A stretch of DNA of 63,384 bases, counting the filler, from Octopus bimaculoides (taxonomy: Eukaryota), in NCBI RefSeq assembly GCF_001194135.2. It is 5 parts of 5 records of this genome, joined end to end, with 100 filler letters (N's around TTAATTAATTAA, not from the genome) between each part and the next. Parts side by side here need not be neighbours in the genome. Positions count along the whole stretch, not along the records: positions 33,546 to 60,684 come from NC_068989.1; positions 60,785 to 63,384 come from NC_069006.1; 3 more parts are not named here. One strand, given 5' to 3'. The notes below the pieces were generated by a model, which did no database searches, was not told where the DNA came from, and saw only the letters and a list, made by a program, of their open reading frames with translations. This document shows, piece after piece, positions 52,313 to 63,384 of the stretch. A program made the translations under genes and the position numbers. How positions within the stretch are numbered: position 1 is the stretch's first letter; each line of letters starts with the position of its first letter.

Positions 52313-52855
52313 GTTTCCACATTATTGTGTTACACTTTATTGAGTTACAATGTTTATTGCGTTAAACTATTTCATTTTGTTGCTTAAATTATCTCCTGTA
52401 GCAAAGCAATATTCGGTTTTATAAATGTTTTCCACTTATTGTTTTTCATGTAACTATGATTGGTCTAAAAATTACACAACTTTAGTTTGTGTTAAGTGAA
52501 GGTTCAAAGGTTCACCTTAACACAATGTATGATCGGATCTCAGTATTTGATATCGTTCATAGTGTACTCTGCGTTATTGCTGTTGTTATCACTAATGTTG
52601 CTATGTTTAAAATTACTTATTTGAGTATTTAGGAGATTTTCGCGTAATAATTTTCCAGTAAATTATTCATTTCTTCATTCCTCGAGTACATTCGGTTGTG
52701 TCTTTTTTTTTTACAATTTTAGAGTTCGGTTTTGTTGCATAAATGTATTTGATAGCCGTTTAGGATAAGAAAATGTAATGGGTATACATAAAATTGTATA
52801 AGTTTGCGAAACGATCTTTTTTTTCATTGTCTACCACCCGGCATCGAGGGTAGAC

Positions 52856-53059
52856 CTGCTTCGGTAATTTTAGTTATTTTTTCAAGAACCTCCAACTTCA
52901 TTTGATAATGTTTGAATAAATCATGCCTCGCAGTATCCCCACATTTTTTGAACCAGTTGAAGACACACGAGATGTCGAAATATCGTTCACCAGATAACAA
53001 ATGGCACTCTTCTTTTAATTTTGACTCTATATCTTCAGGAGGAGTTACCTCAATCCTTT
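52856..53059 (-). CDS. Candidate 204-nt symmetric (phase 1-1) exon of an unidentified gene or pseudogene
   Basis: Acceptor CTTCATTTTGGTTAATATAG|, 68 open codons (RIEVTPPEDIESKLKEECHLLSGERYFDISCVFNWFKKCGDTARHDLFKHYQMKLEVLEKITKITEA), weak donor CAG|GTCTAC. Confidence 0.35.
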
Positions 53060-53703
53060 CTATATTAACCAAAATGAAGTAGATTGACAAATTTATTTTT
53101 TGAACCAGTTGAAGACACACGAGATGTCGAAATATCGTTCACCAGATAACAAATGGCACTCTTCTTTTAATTTTAATAATAATAATAATAATAATAACNN
53201 NNNNNNNNNNNNNNNNNNNNNNNNNNNNNNNNNNNNNNNNNNNNNNNNNNNNNNNNNNNNNNNNNNNNNNNNNNNNNNNNNNNNNNNNNNNNNNNNNNNN
53301 NNNNNNNNNNNNNNNNNNNNNNNNNNNNNNNNNNNNNNNNNNNNNNNNNNNNNNNNNNNNNNNNNNNNNNNNNNNNNNNNNNNNNNNNNNNNNNNNNNNN
53401 NNNNNNNNNNNNNNNNNNNNNNNNNNNNNNNNNNNNNNNNNNNNNNNNNNNNNNNNNNNNNNNNNNNNNNNNNNNNNNNNNNNNNNNNNNNNNNNNNNNN
53501 NNNNNNNNNNNNNNNNNNNNNNNNNNNNNNNNNNNNNNNNNNNNNNNNNNNNNNNNNNNNNNNNNNNNNNNNNNNNNNNNNNNNNNNNNNNNNNNNNNNN
53601 NNNNNNNNNNNNNNNNNNNNNACATTTTTTGAACCAGTTGAAGACACACGAGATGTCGAAATATCGTTCACCAGATAACAAATGGCACTCTTCTTTTAAT
53701 TTT
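52941..53703. repeat. 79-bp unique sequence present three times, identical
   Basis: TTTTTTGAACCAGTTGAAGAC...CTCTTCTTTTAATTTT at 52944-53022, 53096-53174 and 53625-53703. The last two copies flank an N gap. Confidence 0.95.
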
Positions 53704-53726
53704 AATAATAATAATAATAATAATAA

Positions 53727-54752
53727 CCTAGAAAGGAAAGTGGAAGAGGGTTATCAGTGGAAGACTACGTGAAGTTAGCTAGCGTAGATATGGACTCCTA
53801 TGTAGGTAATTGTAAAGAAAGTTTATTAAAAGCTGTTAGAATTTCACCAAGACATAGGGAAACCAAAACACCAAACGGACTTAAAAACCAGAAAAAAAAA
53901 GAAATTATCTGACTGGCAGGAGAAGGAGTTGCATGGTAGATTTCCAAAGATAGTTTCAGCAAACAGTAGTAATGAAACATGGTTATGGCTGCAGGAGGGA
54001 AAGCTGAAGAGGGAGACAAAAAGTTTGTTAGTAGCTGCACAAGATCAAGTATTAAGGAATAATTGGATGAAAGCCAAAATAGACAAAAACCAAGTGGATT
54101 CCCAAAGTAGATTATGAAAATCAAAAGACGAAAGTGTTACTCATATAGTAAGTGAATGTGGTATGCTTGCAAAGGAAGAATACAAGTGAAGACATGGCAA
54201 TCTAGAGAGAGAGCAACCCACTGGGAGCTTTGTAGAAAGCTAGGCTTTGAACATGCTGATAAATGGTATGAACAGGAACCTAGTAAAGTATTAGAAAGTA
54301 AGAAGTACAAGATTTTGTGTGACTGTCACATTCAGACTGAAGAGTAATAGAAGCTAGAATGCCTGATTTAGTAGTAGTAGTAGTAGTAGATAAAGAATAG
54401 AAAGTGCCAGATAATTGACTTTACAACCCCAAATGATGAAAAAATTAATATGAGAAGTATAGAAAAAGTAGCAAAATACCAGGACCTATCTATTGAATTA
54501 CAGAGACTGTGGAAAGTGCGGGAGGTAAAATGTATCACAGTAGTAACAGGTGCATTGGGAACTATCTCTAAAGATCTGAAAAGATGGATAGAGGAAATGT
54601 GCATAAAACCCAGTTTAGTACAGCTGCAGAAAACAGTGTTATTAGGGACAGCTAAGATACTTTAGAAGGTTCTTGGCATCTAAGGCAACGTGTTGTAGCC
54701 CGATGTTAGGATTCTTTTCTGTCCAAACAGTCTAATCTGTTGAATGTATATG
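53727..54752 (+). mobile_element. 5'-truncated R4/Dong-clade non-LTR retrotransposon (subfamily B), degenerate
   Basis: WQEKELHGRF, WLQEGKLKRETKSLLVAAQDQVLR, ESVTHIVSEC, MPDLVVV, IIDF..PND, KVAKYQDL, QKTVLLGTAKIL. Several stops; flanked by (TAA)n and (TAG/TAA)n. Confidence 0.9.
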
Positions 54753-54825
54753 AATAATGATAATAGTAGTCGTAGTCGTAGTAGTAGTAGTAGTAGTAGT
54801 AGTAGTCGTAGTAGTAGTAGTAGTA

Positions 54826-54860
<35 letters not shown>

Positions 54861-55064
54861 TATAATAATAATATGCTGCAGCTGCTAATACTAAATACTA
54901 CACTAAATTAACACTACAGCTACTACTATTATGATAGCACAAGTATCTGAGGCCCAACTACCACCCTTACCACTAACCATACCCTACAGCTGGTGCTGCA
55001 ACCACAGATGCTACTACACATGAAAACAATAATATCAGTGATATCAGTGATGATGATGATGATG

Positions 55065-55117
<53 letters not shown>

Positions 55118-55271
55118 TATAATGAAAAGAAACGGGTGGAACCTCCTCCTCCTTATGGGTTCATAATGATACATTTAGTGATGGTGTCAATAAAAACACT
55201 GGTAATTGCGCAACCTGATAATCGCTACCTCATGTGAGTGACAATGAAAAAACAAATTATTGTGAATAACG

Positions 55272-58200
55272 GTGGTAATGAAACTGAAGCCAATGATGGT
55301 GACAGTGTTACGATATCCAGAAAGGGACCACCACACACGGCGTAGATGGAGCAAGCAAATTAATGCTGTGGTCATGGAGTGTTACTACCTGAGCAGACCG
55401 TTAGATGAATATGATGCTCAAATTAGGGGTTACCGACAACGTATGTATGATCAATGGAGAGAAAAGGGATTGTTTCAACTCACGGAACAGAGACTGTGAT
55501 CAAACTAGAGCAATATGAAAAAATTGTTGGTTCACAGAAGTAGAACTCGAAGCTATCAAAAGACGGGTCATGGAAAATAGCAGCAGAGATAACAATGAAA
55601 ATACAATTCTTACTAATAAGAGTAATTTCATAACACAGGAAAGGAGCAGTGGTAGTTTACTTGATGAGAGACATATAGATGATCTAAAAGAAGACAATAA
55701 AGCTAATGGCGACATGACATGAACAAAAAGCAATCTACGACAGAATAAATGTAAGACTACAGGAGAACGATAGCGGCATTATTTGCAACCTTAAAAAGGT
55801 TGATCGATGGGAATTGAACCAAGAAACAAAAAGTGGCAATGAAATTCTGAAATACATCAGAAGAAACATCACAGAAACAAATAATTTGATCAAGGTAGCA
55901 AGTATTGTTGTAGCAGAAAATGTGGGTGTCGATGTCAAGAAAAAGAAACATAATGGGAGTAACAAAAGAAAAGATCCATGGTGGAAAAGAAGAATACAGA
56001 CAGGGTTAGATATGCTCTCGAAGGAAATCTCTGTGTTAGACCGAAAAGAGAAAGGGGAGCTTAAAAGCGAACAAAAATACAGGGCGCTGAAAATGAAGTA
56101 TAATATTGAAAGAAAGGGCCTGAAAGTGGTAATGGAAAAATCGAAACAGCGCCTCGTTGCAAAGAAAGCAAAGCTGGTAAGATACGACCAAAGAATGAAG
56201 GGTTACCACCAGAATAGATTATTCAGAGTAGATCAGAAGAGATTCTATAAAGAAATAAATGGAGAATGTACAGATGAAAAGTTGATACCAGATAACATTG
56301 AAAGTCAAAGGTTTGGAGTGACATCTGGAGCAAAGACAAAGAGCACAAGAAGGATGCTGAATGATTGCAAGAACTGAAACAAATAGTAGTCTGTCTAAAA
56401 CAGGCAAAACTAGTCATTTCAGTTAAGGAAGTGAAGGAAATCAGCAAAAAAATGTGCAACTGGAAGGCCCCGGAACCAGATGGAGTTCAAGGCTACTGGA
56501 TCAAAAGATTTGGTGAATGTCATGCACAAATAGCTGCGCAACTTAACACCTTGTTAAATGCCGACCAAGGAACACCGGAGTGGGTGACATTGGGTTGGAA
56601 AGTGCAGTGCCTGAAAAACATCGAAAAAGGCAATACGGTCGACAATTACAATACGGTCGACAATTACAATACGGTCGACAATCCTATTTGCCACTTATGT
56701 GGAGGTTGTTGACTGGAATACTCGCAGAGTCAATGTACGAACATCTGAAAAAAAAATGGAGTCCTGCCACATGAGCAGAAGGGTTGCAAGCGTAAGTGCA
56801 GAGGTACCAAGAATCAATTCCTGATAGACAAAACTGTACTTCGAGACTGCAAGAGAAAGAAAAGTAACTTAGCCATGTCATGGATCGACTATCGTAAGGC
56901 GTACGATATGATCCCACATTCTTGGATTATGGAATGTATGAACCTATTTAGTATTGCATCGAATGTTGAGCGATTGCTTGGAAAAAGTATGGCGAATTGG
57001 AGGACGGACCTGACAGCATACGGAAGAAGTTTAGGGAGAGTAGAAATTAGGAGGGGCATCTTTCAAGGGGACTGCCAGTCCCCACTGATATTTGTACTGT
57101 GCTTGATACAACTAACACTGATTCTGAGGAAAGCAAAAGCTGGGTATGTATTCAAAAGCCGCCAGCAAAAAGTGAACCATTTGTTATTCATGGATGACCT
57201 CAAACTTTACGGTAAAGATGAAGCCCAAGTCAGTTCCCTCGTTGATACAGTGTATACATTCAGTGCTGATATCGGAATGGAGTTCGGACTGAGAAAGTGT
57301 GGTGTATTAGTATTGAATAGAGACAAAATCAAATGTATGGACGGACTAACGATACCGTCGGGGGAGGTTATGAAGCAGATAGAAGAGACGGGCTATAAGT
57401 GCTTGGGGATTTTGGAAATGAATGAATTGATGGAGAAAGTAATGACAGAAAAATTTAAGGTAGAGTACTTGCTCAGACTGAGACTGATCCTTAAGTCGAA
57501 ATTAAACGGACGGAATAAGATCGAAGCTATCAATACTTGGGCGGTTTCACTCCTTAGATTTGGAGCAGGGGTAATCGCATGGACAGTAGACGAACTAAAC
57601 AACTTAGACAGAAAGACAAGGAAGTTGCTAACTAGATATGGGTCACTCCACCCAAAAAGTCACACAGACAGACTGTATGTACCAAGAAAAAGAGGGGGAA
57701 GAATACTTATTGAATGCGAACACAGCATTAGAGCAGAAGAAAACATAGCATGGTTTGTAAAAAATTCAACAGAACCGCTATTATTAGAAGTAAGAAGGTT
57801 AGGCTTGTGTAGGATGAAAGCACTATACAAGAAATTGAAAACGAATGAAACTGAAAATAGGTGGGTAAAGAAAAGAATGCATGGTCAATTTCATAGAGAT
57901 ATTGAGGATAAGACAGACAGAGAAAAAGGATGCCTGTGGATGACTAAAAGTGATTTAAAACCGGAAACGGAGGCTCTAATCTGTGCTGCCCAAGAACAAG
58001 CACTAAGAACAAACTACATAAAATACAGAATAAACAACACAGCAGAAAGTGATAAGTGCAGAATCTGTGGACAAAACGGTGAAACCGTATGGCATATTAC
58101 CAGCCAATGTACGCCACTAGCCCAGAAGGAATATAAGAGATGCCACGACAATATAGCCAGGTTTGTCCATTGGACACGTTGCAACAAGTATGGACTTGAC

Positions 58201-58625
58201 AGAGCAAAAAATTGGTACGACCACAAACCTGAAGGCATCGTCGAAAATAGAAATGCAAAGATCCTATGGGATTTTATGATTCAGTGCGACCATGAAATGG
58301 AGAATAGGAAGTCGGGCATAGTCTTAATTGAGAAAGAAAACGACATATGCTGGATCATAGATATAGCATGTCCAGCTGACAACAAGGTATGCAATAAGGA
58401 AGAAAGAAAAGTTGAGAGATAGGACAGGTTAGCTTGGGAAGTTAAGCAGTTGTGGTCGATGAGAAAGGAAGCAGTAGTACCAATAATTGTCGGAGCTCTG
58501 GGAACAGTGAGCAAAAATCTTGAGAAGTACGTGAGACAAATAGGGGCTGCAATAAGAGTGGAGCACTTACAGAAAACAGTACTACTTGGAATCGCTCGAA
58601 TACTCCGGGAGGTGCTCGAAAAATA
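55272..58625 (+). pseudogene. Disrupted single ORF (RT + zinc knuckle + REL endonuclease) of the R4/Dong element
   Basis: Split across ORFs 55272-55499, 55814-56377, 56365-56712 and 56875-58422 by frameshifts and stops. The catalytic PD reads SG ([10 protein letters not shown]). Confidence 0.92.
56631..56682. repeat. 18-bp tandem triplication (CAATACGGTCGACAATTA) inside the RT
   Basis: Directly visible; gives NTVDNY x3 in place of NYRPI. Confidence 0.95.
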
Positions 58626-58703
58626 GGAGGTGTTACCTTAGTTCACTGGTAGTGAACAGCTGATACTGTAGTACATCTCCAGCGTTAGAAGCTGTGCAAA
58701 GGC

Positions 58704-58761
<58 letters not shown>

Positions 58762-58762
<1 letters not shown>

Positions 58763-58850
58763 GAGCATCACAGCAAACCACAGCACATACCCAAGGCACA
58801 CAGAGCTGTGCTCGGTATTGAAGTGAAAGCACGTTATAAAAATAAAACTA

Positions 58851-58853
<3 letters not shown>
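58762..58853 (+). mobile_element. 92-bp non-repetitive insert between two (AAT)n tracts, probably a severely 5'-truncated R4/Dong 3' end
   Basis: Bounded by (AAT)n on both sides like the neighbouring elements. Identity is inferred from context only. Confidence 0.5.
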
Positions 58854-58926
<73 letters not shown>

Positions 58927-59686
58927 CCATTTATTGACGACTGGGGCCCAATGCATTGAAGACAGTATCAAAGGACGAAATACAGTACACAAAAGATGGG
59001 ATTTACATCGGTCAAAAGAGAAACAAGAACAATACGGATATAAGGAAACTCAGAAGTGAGCTAGAAACCTTTACTCCGATGCTCTCCATAGCGTGCTATG
59101 GTAGTTTTCTGCGAATAGCTTCGTACTTGGTGGAAATGTATTTATTCCCATTAAAATAAATATAATTTGCTGAGGTATTATCAACCAAAATATATTTAAT
59201 GATGGGTAAAGAAAAACACTCTTTCCAATTTAAAAAGCTATTTAAAAAATGATAAATCTGTTTTGTTTACGCAAATTTTGTAGAATTTTATAGAATTTCA
59301 TGGAATTTTATAAATTTGCTTTTAACTGTTTTAGCTATTCATGAAATCTATAGATGCATAAATGTTTGGACAGACGATATTGTAGTTATGGCTAATATTT
59401 CTCTTTATGGCAAAGCACTATTTTTACTATCAGATCTGCCAGGGCTTGGTAAACAAACAATAATTCAGCTGTTGCTTAACTTGCTGAAAATAACGGCCAA
59501 ATGTCTCTCAAATCAGACCATACCGCCTTTACATTAAAAAGGGAGACATAAGAAAATTCTTTCTCATCTATGTCCGCCACACATACCAGAAGTCTTTCTA
59601 TCCCCGTTCCCTTCCAACAATCAATAATACGTTTTATTCGCCGTAAAATTTATCATAGAAACATATGTAACAAAGCGCTGTGGCGA

Positions 59687-60684
<998 letters not shown>

Positions 60685-60836
60685 NNNNNNNNNNNNNNNN
60701 NNNNNNNNNNNNNNNNNNNNNNNNNNNNTTAATTAATTAANNNNNNNNNNNNNNNNNNNNNNNNNNNNNNNNNNNNNNNNNNNNTATATATATATATATA
60801 TATATATATATGCATTTATGTATACACAAGTATATG

Positions 60837-60870
<34 letters not shown>

Positions 60871-61270
60871 TGTACATACATATCCATATATAAATGCACA
60901 CAGGCACATATTTATCAAGCAAGAGAGGGAGAGAAAATGAAATAGAGTAAAAGAAAGATGGCGTAAACAACGTCTATAATACAAACGAGTAAAGACAAAA
61001 AGCTTGAAAGTAATGGAGGTTTTGAAAAGCAGCGAAATAAAGATTATCTGCTCCAACAATTTCTGTTAAGTAAATCTGGTATAGGTTGTATTTTTTCTAA
61101 TCTATTTATTTAATTTCCAAATAAAAACATTTTCTCCTGTCAAAATGTTGAACGACATAAATTTTCATAGAAGTTTATCCCGAAATAACATATTTCATGT
61201 ATACAAAAATAAAATATTCCTCTCCTGTATGTATACATACACCTCTTTCTTTGTGTGTATATATATATAA

Positions 61271-61332
<62 letters not shown>

Positions 61333-62189
61333 GAGAGACAGAGACAGAGACAGAGACAGAGAGTGAGTGAGAGAGGGAAAGTGAGTCTGTACATACATAT
61401 GTATGTATATGTTCATTTATATATGTATATATATCTATATAGATATATATGTATATATATATGTGTTTATATGTGTGTGTGTGTGTGTGATAGACTCTCC
61501 TGTCGAAGACGACGTATGTGTGTTCAGTCTTGTTGAACGAAATGCACAAGTGAACGAAATGAACAAAATGCACATTATAAACAAATGTTTATAATGACGA
61601 ATTGTGCTGTATATGATCAGTTGACTCCCTCCATCAAATCAGGCGCACAAATGTATCCCGCGTAAGACATCGGAACTATCGCGCAGCAACATGAAGTAAA
61701 GCCTTTCTCTCAAGACCACAACGCTCCTCCCGGTTCGGAAATCGAACACACGAGCTAACGATCAGGATTATTTTTAGAGATACTACTGTCTTTCTAGAAT
61801 GGAAAGACAGAGAAGGTATAATTGTCCACATCTACGATTTAGATACAAACGTATCTAAAACAATTGGTGAACGCCAAGCCCAAACTTAAGCGACTATGCT
61901 GTGTTTAACCTTTTCTTTTTAGTTCTTTTGCACTGTTCAGGAGACGTATAGTATTAGCTGTGAGGATTTTGCCGATTAACTCCTTATTTATGTTAAATTT
62001 TACAAAGACAACCTTATACTTCAAAAGTTCAGAGAAAATTTTGTTGTAATTAAATTACACGTTCTACAAAGATTAAATATGTTCTAAGTAACATTAATTT
62101 TAATTCTACAATGTAATATAACTAATTAGCTACCATGAAACATGTGGAGAATTTACTTCAAGTGTGATTTTGCTTATTTATTATATATA

Positions 62190-62375
62190 TAGGTGCAGGT
62201 ATGGCTGTGTGGTTGAATAACTCGCTTTGAAACCGCGCGGTTTTGCGTTCACCTCGCTCCGCAGCAACATGGGCAATATTTTTCTATCTGTAGCTCTGGG
62301 CTGACCAATGCTTTGTAAATGACTTTGATAGTAGATGAAAAGTGTGTTAAGCCTGTTGTGTGTGTGTCTTTGTAT
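62190..62375 (+). mobile_element. Degenerate family-B SINE 5' half
   Basis: AGGTGCAGGTATGGCTGTGTGGTTG...GGGCTGACCAATGCTTTGT. Confidence 0.7.
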
Positions 62376-62522
62376 ATACATATATATATATATATATATA
62401 NNNNNNNNNNNNNNNNNNNNNNNNNNNNNNNNNNNNNNNNNNNNNNNNNNNNNNNNNNNATATATAAAGATGAATATATGGACAGATAGGTGGATGGCTA
62501 GATAGATAGCGAGGTATATGCG

Positions 62523-62566
<44 letters not shown>

Positions 62567-62891
62567 TTTAATTATTCATTTAAACGCACAATAAGTTTAT
62601 TATACATAATATATGTCTATAAAAAGATATATATTTATGTATGAATATATATATATATTTATATATATATGCTTAAACACATTCATATACTATATTCACA
62701 CACACACTGTGCGTGTGTGTGTGTGTGTGTGTGACACGTGCCAAGTGCTGTTATTTTAGGTATTACATGAAGAAAATTATAAAGAGTGCTTTTTTTCGTC
62801 TATGGAGATGGATTGCTTAAGAATGTGATACGATACGAAAGCACACAAAAAGAATGCACCTCATCCCTTCCATTCCTAATCTTTTATGCAG

Positions 62892-63058
62892 ATTCTTCGA
62901 AAAGCAGACGACCAGCTATTCCAATCAATGCGACAAGCAAAGAATACGAAGAGACGTTATATGCTAAGGCTAGACTGTCTAAAAGACGAATCTGCACTTT
63001 CGGCATGCCACTTTCTATGAATAAAGAATCGAACAGAAAAAATAAGGAACGAAGATAG
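62892..63058 (+). CDS. Candidate terminal exon of an unidentified gene
   Basis: Strong acceptor CCCTTCCATTCCTAATCTTTTATGCAG| with a CTAAT branch-like motif. Two frames stay open for 42-55 codons. No homology recognised. Confidence 0.2.
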
Positions 63059-63335
63059 GCAACGTTAGCATGGCGATTTTACTGTATGAAGCAATGATTG
63101 TTTAAAAATTGGTTACAGTGTAATAGTTGATTTCTGAAGAGGGTTAATTTGACACGACATTTCAGCTATTCGTCGTGCCAGATTTTGACAGCTGTGACCT
63201 CTAGGGGTTGCTGTATACCTCTGCTGCACCATTGAGTATACCGGCACAATCCTACACACACATGCATATACACAAACGTATTATATGCATACACACACAT
63301 AAGTATATGTACGTACACATATATTTTTTTCTCTC

Positions 63336-63372
<37 letters not shown>

Positions 63373-63384
63373 ATATATATATAT

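Larger units (their letters stand above)
55121..58703 (+). mobile_element. Near full-length R4/Dong-clade non-LTR retrotransposon (subfamily A); the 5' end may extend to about 54880
   Basis: R4-type N-terminal domain (RRWSKQINAVVMECYYLS...GYRQRMYDQWREKGLFQLTEQRL), RT ([26 protein letters not shown]), CCHC knuckle ([18 protein letters not shown]), REL region, short 3' UTR, then (AAT)n. Confidence 0.95.

Noticed and set aside
56875-58422. 515-aa ORF as a functional RT gene or active element
   Set aside because: It lacks the RT N-terminal motifs (frameshifted upstream), the REL PD is mutated, and a premature stop occurs at 58420.
58956-59159. 67-aa ORF and an antisense signal-peptide-like stretch
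   Set aside because: Short, no ATG-supported context on +, early stop on -, and no recognisable family.

Overview
Eukaryotic, AT-rich, gapped draft-assembly DNA, most consistent with a cephalopod (Octopus-like) genome; the organism is inferred from SINE family style and microsatellite density. No intact, recognisable host gene is present, and almost all ORFs in the track are microsatellite or N-gap artefacts. The window holds dozens of tRNA-derived SINE copies from at least three families, three internally deleted Tc1/mariner elements, a pogo-like transposase relic and a pogo-like MITE. It also holds a same-strand cluster of R4/Dong-clade (restriction-like endonuclease, REL) non-LTR retrotransposons inside (TAA)n tracts at 53.7-58.9 kb. 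The most noteworthy structures are: two minimal type I hammerhead ribozyme motifs; two short TGTT...AACA elements with 5-bp target-site duplications (TSDs) that each carry an internal tRNA-Ser primer-binding-site (PBS) motif; a (CATA)n-associated short retroposon; an old foldback interrupted by a dimeric SINE; a 92-nt hairpin; and a diverged duplication that keeps a homologous stop codon. I did not find a clearly new biological system. The best integrated hypothesis is a set of microsatellite-targeting retroelements that use SINE-borne repeats as landing sites. Repeat boundaries were placed by eye and are approximate unless termini or TSDs are quoted. Four N44-TTAATTAATTAA-N44 spacers are assembly joins.
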